A stretch of 64,000 nucleotides of DNA from Bdellovibrionales bacterium (lineage in GTDB: Bacteria > Bdellovibrionota > Bdellovibrionia > Bdellovibrionales > UBA1609): positions 736,001-800,000 of the forward strand of contig CBDHDF010000011.1 in the NCBI GenBank assembly GCA_965261545.1, read 5' to 3'. The notes below the pieces were generated by a model. The model was given only the letters and a program-made list of their open reading frames with translations. It had not been told where the DNA came from and searched no databases. Every line of letters starts with the position of its first letter. Within the stretch, counting starts at the first letter, position 1. A program made the position numbers and the translations under genes. Below are positions 19,783-28,984 of this stretch, piece by piece.

Positions 19783-19797
19783 TTACCGAGGTAGATA
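19783..19797 (-). pseudogene. Probable last codons of a deleted cas1 (YLPR*)
   Basis: TAT CTA CCT CGG TAA lies just upstream of cas2 and is cut by the ISNCY end; identity rests on position and motif only. Confidence 0.45.
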
Positions 19798-20982
19798 GTT
19801 TCTGTCCAGAAAGGCCCATTTTTTGTTCTCTGACACTCCCCATTGAGCCTCCCAATGCCTCAATGGGGGAGTGAGAGTTGGAGATTTGCCACACAAACTC
19901 TACAGATTAAGGGGAAAAAGGTCTTTAAGCGACTTGCGCCCTAGTTTTTTCGATTTGAAGACGCACCCCTACCTTTGGAAGATTTTAGCACCTTCGACCT
20001 GGTCCATTGCTGTTATTCCTAATGGATAAATTTAGGTGACAGTTGATAATTCATGTCTTGCCAAGACAACAAAATTATAGGCACAAACGGCATTCTTTAC
20101 ATACCTCTTAAAACCATCATGCCCTTTCCAGTAAGCAACTCTCATACCAAAACATCTCTTAAGGAATGAAATAACAGCCTCTATTCCGGCTCTCCAATTG
20201 AGAAGATTTTTAAAGACCCAAGCACTTTTAACCATCTTTAATATTTTCATTCCTTTTTTTTCTGGGAAGCAAACATCTTTAGCCCCCATCTCTTTGGCCT
20301 CTTCAAGATTTTCTTTTGAAGCAAACCCACCATCTGCACTTACTTTTACAGGGCAAGCCCCATAGGTTTGTGTCACTGAATTCATAACTTTTAAAAACAT
20401 ATCAGAGTCTGCGGGTGTTAGCTGACAATTAAAATGCCCCACCGTCGCCAATGAAAAGTGGCCACTTTTCAGAGGAGGACCTATGGTGATTTTTGGCATT
20501 GTCAACCGAGACGCATATAATCAATTGATATTACTCATAAAAAGGCTCCGAGCTGATAAGAACTCCTTTTGGGTTCTTGTCGACCTGGAAAGGGGCTCCG
20601 TGTTGGAGAGTCCTTCCATGACAGCCTATTCAGGTTCCATATTTCTCATTTGTAGACTGTTTCTGGATTTCAATGAGGTTAAATATATAGTCAAGAAAAG
20701 CCTGTTTAGGCTGTGCCCATTTTCTAAAGTATTTAAATTCCACAAGATTCCAACATTTGCCTCAATTTTCATGGAATTTCTTTTTGAAGACAGGCTTCCC
20801 TTAAAGCCGTCGCCAATTAAAATGTCCCACTTTCAATATGGAGGTTGTCGCCAATGAAAAGTGACCAATCTTCAGGGAGTGTTCAAATACTAGACAATGA
20901 AGTCTCTTCTTCTGATATAGATACTAAGCTCACAGAGTCCCTCCCTTTTGCAACTCAAAAGGTTAGCAATGAGGAGGATCTT

Positions 20983-22449
20983 ATGATTAGTCAATACACT
21001 TTCGGCCGCATTCGTGACCTGAGTCACAGTGGTAAAAATAAGACAGAAATATCTCGTGAATTAGGGATCAATCGTAAGACGGTGCGCAAGTACTGTAAGT
21101 CCAACACCCCACCGAAGTACAAGGCGAGGTCCAAAAGAACTCGCCCAGATCCCCTTAATGGATATATGGATCGGGTGAAGTACTTTTTGAAGTTGAACCC
21201 AAGTAACACCGCCCGTGAAATATATGAGCTATTAGTTGAGGAGGGTTATCGTGGGAGTGAGAGAACGGTTCAGAGAAGAGTTTGTGAGATTCTTGGTTCT
21301 CGCCCCAAGGAGCGTTTTTTCAGCCAAAGATATGATCCTGGAGAACAGGCTCAGTTTGATTTTAAGGAGAAGGTTGCTTTACCATTTGCCGATGGTGTTC
21401 AGATCGTTCATCTCCATTTTGGAACATTGCCTTGTAGTGGCACCTGTTGGGTTCGTGCCTACCCCTTTCTTGTCTATGAGTGTTTCATCGATGGGGTGCA
21501 TGCTTTTTTTGAAAAGATAGGTGGGATGAGTGCGAACATCCGTATTGATAATTTATCTCCCTGTGTGAAGAAAGTTCTTAAAGGAAATCAGCGAATTTAC
21601 ACCCAATCTTTTGATCGAGCCATCCAATACTATGGATTTAAGGTTCTTCCCTGCCGCGCAGGGAAGGGCTCTGACAAGGGAGATGTGGAGCGTGATATTC
21701 GAACCTTCAGTTCTCGGATAAAAAATATTGTTAGAAACAAAGGAATTGTTTTTAAAGACTGGGATCATTTGAATCAGTTTTTAGAGTCTTATATGGATCA
21801 GCATCAGAGTGACTCCACCAAATCTCGCTTTGAGGAGGAGGCCAAAGTTCTTAAGCCTTTGCCTCCACGAGATGAAGATATTCTCTGTAAGGTGAATATT
21901 TGTCAAAGTAATGGTTATGGGACTTTGAGAATAGGTAAAACCACATATTCCATACCTGATGAGGTGATCCAATCTCCCTGTAAAACCGTACAGGGTCCCT
22001 ATCATGTCACGATCTATCGTGCAGGAGGGAAGCAAGAAATTGTCGCTCGCCATCAAAGAAAACCTGATGGGGAGCATAGTCTTCTTCTTGAACATATCCT
22101 TCCCTCTTTAGTTCGTAAGCCGCAAGCCATGGTAAGATGGGCTCACCGATCCATTCTTTTTCCAACAAATGTGTTTGAAAATTTTTATCAATACCTCAAG
22201 CAACAAGATTCAAGCCGTGCCGAGCATGAATATTTAAGAGTTATCAACTTGATTCAGCATGTGAGTTGGCAGGACTTATCTACAGCCATGGAGCTTCAAT
22301 TAGAAAGTCGTGAGATTTTCGACTTTAAATCCATAAAAGATTTGCTCTTAGGAAATCCCACCAAAATTAATTTGAATGACCAACAAAAACCACTTCAACC
22401 TAGATTGTCTCAATATGACAGTCTTGTTCCAAACATAGGAGGTTCTTAA
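20983..22449 (+). CDS. istA: IS21 transposase IstA
   Basis: Near-identical to copy 1. Confidence 0.93.
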   Translation: MISQYTFGRIRDLSHSGKNKTEISRELGINRKTVRKYCKSNTPPKYKARSKRTRPDPLNGYMDRVKYFLKLNPSNTAREIYELLVEEGYRGSERTVQRRVCEILGSRPKERFFSQRYDPGEQAQFDFKEKVALPFADGVQIVHLHFGTLPCSGTCWVRAYPFLVYECFIDGVHAFFEKIGGMSANIRIDNLSPCVKKVLKGNQRIYTQSFDRAIQYYGFKVLPCRAGKGSDKGDVERDIRTFSSRIKNIVRNKGIVFKDWDHLNQFLESYMDQHQSDSTKSRFEEEAKVLKPLPPRDEDILCKVNICQSNGYGTLRIGKTTYSIPDEVIQSPCKTVQGPYHVTIYRAGGKQEIVARHQRKPDGEHSLLLEHILPSLVRKPQAMVRWAHRSILFPTNVFENFYQYLKQQDSSRAEHEYLRVINLIQHVSWQDLSTAMELQLESREIFDFKSIKDLLLGNPTKINLNDQQKPLQPRLSQYDSLVPNIGGS

Positions 22450-23231
22450 TGAATCACGAAGAACTTATAGGTTCTCTTAAAAAACTCCGACTTCCAGCGA
22501 TGGCGGATGAATATGTTGCAACGGCTAGAGTTGCCGAAAAAACAAAAAAGACGTATGAACAGTATTTAGGTATACTCGTTCAAAATGAGCTTGCTGACAA
22601 GCATTCCCAGAGAGTGAAAAGATTGCTTAAGGGGGCCAAGCTTCCTCAACTTAAATCACTCCAAACTTATAACTTCCAGAAAAGAACGGGAGTGACAGCT
22701 CAGCAAATTAATTGGATGGCAGAGGGAGAGTGGGTCAGAAAAGCCTGTAATGTTGTGTTTTACGGAAGCTTTGGAATGGGGAAAAGTCATTTGGCCATGT
22801 CCCTAGTTCGTTCACTCTGTGAACAAGGCTATCGATGTTTATGGGTCACCACTCATGAACTTATTGAAACAATGCGTGAAAGCAAGAAAGAACTCTCATT
22901 GAATGCTCTTTTTAAGAAATTAGACCGTTTTGATCTTATTGCTTGTGATGAACTTGGCTATACAGCTTCCTGCACAGAGGGGGCAGATCTTTTCTTTCAA
23001 TTCATATCTCAGCGATATGAAAGGAAAAGTCTCATGATCACTACAAACTTAACATACTCTGAATGGGATAAGGTGTTTCTTAACCCTATTACCACCGCTG
23101 CTGCTGTTGATCGAATCATTCACAACTGTGAAACCCTCAACATTGAAGGAAAAGAAAGTTGGAGAACCGAATCGGCAAAAGCCAAGTCTAAACAGAGCAA
23201 AGAGGAAAGTTCAACCAAAGAAGTTCATTAG
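22449..23231 (+). CDS. istB: IS21 ATPase IstB
   Basis: Protein identical to copy 1. Confidence 0.95.
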   Translation: MNHEELIGSLKKLRLPAMADEYVATARVAEKTKKTYEQYLGILVQNELADKHSQRVKRLLKGAKLPQLKSLQTYNFQKRTGVTAQQINWMAEGEWVRKACNVVFYGSFGMGKSHLAMSLVRSLCEQGYRCLWVTTHELIETMRESKKELSLNALFKKLDRFDLIACDELGYTASCTEGADLFFQFISQRYERKSLMITTNLTYSEWDKVFLNPITTAAAVDRIIHNCETLNIEGKESWRTESAKAKSKQSKEESSTKEVH

Positions 23232-25193
23232 AGATCCCCACTTTTGGGGAAGGAACTCGCCAGTTATCCACAAAATTTATCCACAGCAGCACTGCGTTGC
23301 TAGACATCGGGGTCACAGCCGCAGTGTCGCCATGGATAAATTTATGGATAACTGGCTTTTACCGTACTATTTGCTCGTCACTCTCGCGGAGCTTTAGACA
23401 TTAGCTGCGCCAAGGAATCCTGAAAAATACTCCATTTACCTCTGCCATAGGGCTGAAGGATGCATTTGGGGTCATGCCAAAAGTGGTGGGCAGAAAATCA
23501 TTCCTCAGAATCTTGTGGCATAGTCCGAGTTAAATGATGAGCAAAATAAAGACACTTGACTAAACTCTGAACGAAGAATAACTAAATCAGTACATCATCA
23601 ACTGGCCGTTTTTCATTGGCGACGGCTTCTAAAAATGGCCAATTTTAATTGGCGCCTAACAGCGGGGTTGCCATCAGGGATCTGACAATCTAAAATCATG
23701 TTGCTTTGCCCTGAGGTCAAAAAGATTTTATGCCCAAACTCGACTTCTCTTTGCCCCTTTACAATAATGTCTGTATGCGGTTCAAAGATGGATAGGACCT
23801 TTTTTTCAGAAGATACTTTTTTCCCCTCAATAACTCTTTTTTGAGTTTGAAAGATGATTTTTTCCAGGTAGAAGGCAACATTTTCTAACTGTTTTAGACT
23901 CTTTTTCAAAGCATTCATCTTCACACATTTTTGTTCTTTTTTTATCTTTCTGATGGTATCAGGTAATCCTTTGTTCAATTTGGTAGCGATTTTTAAAAGC
24001 TCCTTATAGCAAGGTAGTCTTTCCGCATCATTTTTGGAATTATTAATTTTGTAAAGCAAGGTTTTTGCTCTCTTAAGATCTTCTCTTGAAATAAGTCGCC
24101 AAAAATCTTTCATGACATTTTTACGAACTTTTTTAAATTCTCTTTCTGTAACTCTTATGCAGTCATATAAAAGCGATGCATCCGTTGGATGATGAATATT
24201 TGATTTCGTCACTGTACTGTCCAATCTCATTTTCTTACACGGCTCAATCTTTTGATCTCTTGCATCTGAAACTAAAGAGGCGCTAATAATTCCCCAAGTT
24301 TCTTCACTTATTTGAACAATCAAGTCCTGTAAGGTGGAGTGAGCGTAATTTTCTTCCAATTCAAGGCCCAGAAAAGCTCTGGTGGATACTGAATCGACAA
24401 GATTAAAGGCTAACGCACGATAGGAAAGACCTCTTATGGATTTAAGAATAGCCACCTTGAGAACTTGCTCCGATGTCATACCAATATCACCAGAATCTTT
24501 CTTTTCTTTAACAAGGTCTTCATGAACCATATGGGCAAACTCTGGATGGCGATCAATGATGTTATTAATTTGCTGCAATTCTGTACTGAGTTGGTGGTTA
24601 GGATATTGGGAAAAGAGTCCCAACTGTGTCTTCTTCAAATGGCGCATAGTCCCCCCTTTGGTGAAAGTTTCTCTTTAATTTTTATATTAACATACGTTTT
24701 TTTGAGGGAAAAAAGTGAGCAAGGATGTCTTTTAAGAAGAAAAAAATCAGAGAGGTTCTCGGAGAACATGGATAAGAATTCTACCTCATAGAGAGGTTCC
24801 CACGCCTCCTAAAACCTACATAAAAAATAAATGAAGAATAAAATATCAAAAATTATTTCTCTGAAAAAACACGTCAAGTATTTTTTGAAGTTGATGCGCA
24901 ACGTAATGTTATTTCCCTGAAGGAGGTTTGAAATCACCACGGTGGAAACACAGGTTGATCCAACTCTTCCTCTCATATCAAGTAACCAGTTGATAGCCAC
25001 ATAAGTCACTGAAAGGGAGGGGCTGTGAAAGGTTCGTCAAGAGAGGGGGGGGAACTTATTTTATTTTTCCGTTTTATGTAAGTAACTGAATTTACACGGA
25101 TTATGTTTGATGGACTCCATTTTAAAGCATAAAATCTAAAGGGAAGGCATGTAAATACTTAAAACTACTTAACTTTCTTCCCTGGACAGGAAC

Positions 25194-26919
25194 TATTTAA
25201 CGACTCTATGGCGTTTGTGGTATAAAAAATCTTTCTGATTTCATCCGGATAATCGAAAATAGTGATGAGATTGTCCCAATTCCTACGCCAAGACTTTTCA
25301 ATATTCGGATACTTTGAAGACCACTTGGTACAAAATTCCTCAAGGGCCTTTTCAGCTTCTGTCAGAGTCGTAGAGCCATAAATGGACTTGAGGTCTTGGG
25401 CGACAGCTTTCATATCCTTGGAAGGAACATAGCGAAGGGAATTGCGGACCATATGGACAATGCACAGTTGTACTTTAGACTTGGGAAAAGCCGCTGAAAT
25501 GGCTTGAGGAAAACCTGTAAGACCATCTACAGAAAATATAAATACGTCTTTCAACCCTCGATTTTGCAGCTCAGTCAAAACACTCAACCAAAACTTTGAA
25601 CCCTCATTTTCAGAAATCCATAGGCCCAACAAGTCTTTCTGACCCTCCTCTGTAATACCAAGAGCTAGGTAAATCGCCTTATTAATAACTCTCTTGTCTT
25701 GATGGACCTTCACCACGATACAGTCCAAAAATACGATAGGGTAAGTGCTATCCAAGGGGCGGTTCTGCCAAGCCGTAACTTCATCAATAACAGCATCCGT
25801 CACGTTGGCTATCACTGAGTGGGATATCTCTGCACCATGGTAGAGGTCTTTGATAGCTCCTTGAATATCCCTGGTCGTCATTCCCCTCGCATAGAGGGTC
25901 AGAATACTGTCTTCAAAGCCCTCAAGACGAGTCTTGCCTTTGGGAATGACTTGGGGCTCAAAGGAGGCACTTCGGTCACGGGGGACCTGAAGCTCCACCT
26001 CGCCTTTCTCTCCCTTTATGGTCTTTCTACTGTAACCATTGCGAGTGTTGGATTTGCGGGTCTCAAACTTCTCATGCCTCTCATAACCTAGGTGATCGTC
26101 CATTTCCGCATTAAGAGCTGTCTCTAAAACAACCTTCATCAGTTGACCCGTTATGTCGGATAAATCCTTTTGGGTCTTGACGTTCTTCGCTAGTTCCTTG
26201 CCTATCGAGTAGGCAGTGGGAACTTCCCCCACTGCCCCTCACAGAACCGTGCTTGAAAGTCTCCCCTCACACGGCTCCTATGATTTTCCGTTTCATTAGG
26301 CTCCTCCTCAGCATAACCAAGTTGGCCTGACTACTTCCATAAATCATGTGACCCCTTCGCTCCATTCTCATTACAAGAACTTCATCACTACTACGAATCA
26401 CTCTGCCCCTGGTTGGTGGCATCGGTATTTAGCACTTCGGGGGTCTCCCTTATAGCGTTTCCCTTATCATCCACCAGCAGGTTCCCACGTTCCGATACGA
26501 AGCCTGTACTAGGTTCATGCCCCCTATACACCGCACGCCGTCTAGATCGGTCATCAGGCTTCCTCTAGACTTATCCCGACGGAGACAACCTTCCTTCGGT
26601 TTTGACGCGACTGTTAATCTTTCGATGCGTCGTCGGTGGGTTTGCTTTCGCTCATCTCCCTAGTACTTACATGACCGTTTACTACGGCCTTTTCCTTGCT
26701 CGCTCACTACAAGGGCCTTGCCTCCCATGCAGCAGCAAGGTTGTTTGCACTCAAATCCTGAAATCCGAGTGCGGAGGACCTACCTCCATCTTCACATCAG
26801 CATGTCACCTCCGTGACTTCGTGGCACACATTGTCTTGATATCCATTTTGCCTTCTCCTTTCAGGATGATAGTTCATCCTAATATGATTCGGCAGTTACA
26901 CAAAATAGTTTACAGGCTC
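25194..26919 (-). mobile_element. IS256-family element, copy 1: 3'-truncated by ISNCY and interrupted by a group II intron (CDS remnant 25194-26846)
   Basis: Matches the intact copy at 58300-60188; end sequence GTTACACAAAATAGTTTACAGGCTC. Confidence 0.92.
26204..26829 (-). ncRNA. ORF-less group II intron (626 nt, class D/IIB-like), copy 1
   Basis: 5' GTGTG and 3' AT ends; domain V GAGCCGTGTGA...GCACGGTTC; domain VI hairpin GGCAGTGGG/CCCACTGCC; precise removal restores the IS256 CDS. Confidence 0.93.
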
Positions 26920-27452
26920 AATCATTAACCTTTGAAAGACGAAACCCTCCCTAAGTTCATGAAAATTCAGCAAATACGGCCCTTTCCCACTTCAAACCAA
27001 CGTCAAGAAAACCTTGAAGATACGTCCAACTGACCTAGGTGTTTGTTGCGTATGTGTTGCGGAATCAAGGGCAAAAATCTTGTTGCGGCCGAGAACGCAA
27101 CAAGATTTACTCGCTTTGCTTTGTCAGTATTGATTGGGCTCGTGTTTGATCTCCAAGCCTTAGTGATTTGTTAAGATGACCTCTCTCGTATTTTGTAATA
27201 TAGTTTTTCAGTCTGACATTGGGGTCCACCTCAGTCTTATTGTGCGGAGCATAAGTTTGGTTGAGTTATATAAGTATTTGTAAATAATGAGTTATTTTTA
27301 TTTGTCGTCGCTATGTCATTGAGAAATCACAACATGAGCTTTGTGGGGTTCCCCTAAGTGGGCCAGATTATAAATCTTCACATTTAACACATAAATTGTG
27401 ATAATTATGATGACAGGTGACCATTTAGATACGTATAATTAACACATAAATT

Positions 27453-28043
27453 GTGGTAATTATGAAATCTAAAGTAATCAGTCCAGATCAGGCTCTCTAT
27501 GAAGTTGCCTCACAGCAACAAGGGTATTTTACAACCAAGCAAGCTGAGTCTGCGGGTTACATCAGAGCCCATCACTCCTACCATGTCAAAGCAGGCCATT
27601 GGATTCGTGAAATGCGAGGGATTTATCATCTTGTAAAGTTTCCCCAAGATGGTGGAGATGCTCAACTTATTCTTTGGTACCTTTGGTCCAGAAGCCGGAA
27701 CGAAACTCCCCAAGGAGTTTATTCTCACGATACAGCACTCAGGGTCTATGATTTAAGTGATCTCATGCCATCGAAACTACACATGACAGTTCCATCCCAC
27801 TTTAGAAAGTTTAATGAAATTCCAAAAATTTTAGTTCTCCACAAGGCTTCACTTCTAAAATCGGATATCAGGCTTATAAGAGGGTTTGCAGTGACAACCC
27901 CTGTGCGGACAATTCTTGATCTTTTTGAATCAAACCACCTGGGAAAGGATATTCTTGTTCAAGCCGCCACCGAAGCCATTAAAAAAGGACTTATTCACCC
28001 AAAATATGAAGATAAAATAAAGAGAGTGATTGAAAATGAATAA
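27453..28043 (+). CDS. Type IV toxin-antitoxin AbiEi family antitoxin
   Basis: LYEVASQQQGYFTTKQA, RGIY, SHDTAL and VTTPVRTILD motifs. Confidence 0.85.
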   Translation: MVIMKSKVISPDQALYEVASQQQGYFTTKQAESAGYIRAHHSYHVKAGHWIREMRGIYHLVKFPQDGGDAQLILWYLWSRSRNETPQGVYSHDTALRVYDLSDLMPSKLHMTVPSHFRKFNEIPKILVLHKASLLKSDIRLIRGFAVTTPVRTILDLFESNHLGKDILVQAATEAIKKGLIHPKYEDKIKRVIENE

Positions 28044-28067
28044 GTACAGAACTGCGACAGCTTTCTT
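28036..28067 (+). pseudogene. Stub of a probable AbiEii nucleotidyltransferase toxin
   Basis: Overlapping ATG gives MNKYRTATAF, then the sequence is cut at 28068 where the duplicated block begins. Confidence 0.6.
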
Positions 28068-28422
28068 CCTGAATTCTACAAAAATGGTAACAAGGTTCAG
28101 GTCTAAAGTCTAGAAGCTGACTTCAGAACAAATATAACGTGGTTTCAGACCTCTTTTGAATTGAAAGAATTCAAAATCATTGTTACCATTGGTAACAATG
28201 TCTTATTTACATGAGCAAAAGAGAAACGGTAAAATTGTAACTGCTCACGGCTTGGCGATCTACTGCTGAATTTCACGAAATAGTCCCTATGGAGTGTCTC
28301 CCGATGGCGTCTTCAAATATCTGCTTTTGCATGGATTCTCCTTAAGTCGTCTTTCTTTGCCTAAATGAACTTCCAGATATGGCTACTTTGATGGATTGAG
28401 AGGTTATGCGATCCATAATAGC

Positions 28423-28650
28423 TTCACAGATGACTTCCAGGAAATCATTCTGGACCGATACTCAGCGAGAAAAAGCACTCTTATTACCTCCAATCGTATC
28501 ATTGAAGATTGGGGAAAGTGTTTGGGCGATAATACCGTGGCCTCTGCCATCCTGGATCGCCTTCTCCACTGCAGCCAACTATTAAAATTTGAGGGAAAAA
28601 GCTACCGATTGAAGGAAGCTTCAAACCGACTTGTTAAGATAAAAAATTAA
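28423..28650 (+). pseudogene. C-terminal fragment of an IstB-like ATPase from a different IS21 (second copy at about 32365-32592)
   Basis: STLITSNR..EDWG, SAILDRLLH and GKSYRLK motifs. Confidence 0.85.
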
Positions 28651-28984
28651 AGGTAGGGTGAGCCCATCTTGTCAGATCGCCCTAAATGGATGGTTTTGAT
28701 CCGCCCCTCGGGATCTATGGAAAGAAAATTTTTTACTTTTTTGGGAGAGCCTTGATTTCGTCTTCAGAAAGCCCTGTTGCTTCGGCTATCTCCAAAGCTT
28801 CCTGTCCTTTTAAAATCATCTTTAAAGCAATGGCCTCTCTCTCTTTCCTTCGCCCTTTTTCAAGCCCTTCTTCACGCCCTCTTTCAAGCCCTTTTTCAAG
28901 CCCTTCTTCACGCCCTCTTTCAAGCCCTTCTTCACGCCCTTTTTCACGCCCTCTTTCAAGCCCTTTTTCAAGCCCCTCTTCATG

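Larger units (their letters stand above)
20416..23661 (+). mobile_element. IS21 element, copy 2 (3246 bp)
   Basis: TGT...ACA ends; TSD GCGGG. Confidence 0.95.
20032..24647 (-). pseudogene. ISNCY transposase split by IS21 at a different site from copy 1
   Basis: Same protein as 5318-9933, interrupted at DGNP|ADSD. Confidence 0.9.
19798..25193 (-). mobile_element. ISNCY element, copy 2 (inverted), with nested IS21; flanks do not match
   Basis: Same IRs and same total length (5396 bp) as copy 1; flanks TAGATA versus TATTTA. Confidence 0.88.

Noticed and set aside
19769..19894. Apparent 139-aa Cas2 with an N-terminal extension
   Set aside because: The extension is read-through from the ISNCY end; the same peptide appears at 10071.
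4772..25193. Composite transposon or CRISPR-associated transposon formed by the inverted ISNCY copies around the cmr genes
   Set aside because: Copy 1 has its own TSD inside cmr3, the outer flanks do not match, and no Tn7-like genes are present; the insertions disrupt the locus.
26602..26928. 108/109-aa ORFs overlapping the introns (also 42472-42801)
   Set aside because: They are antisense to the ribozyme and have no RT motifs.
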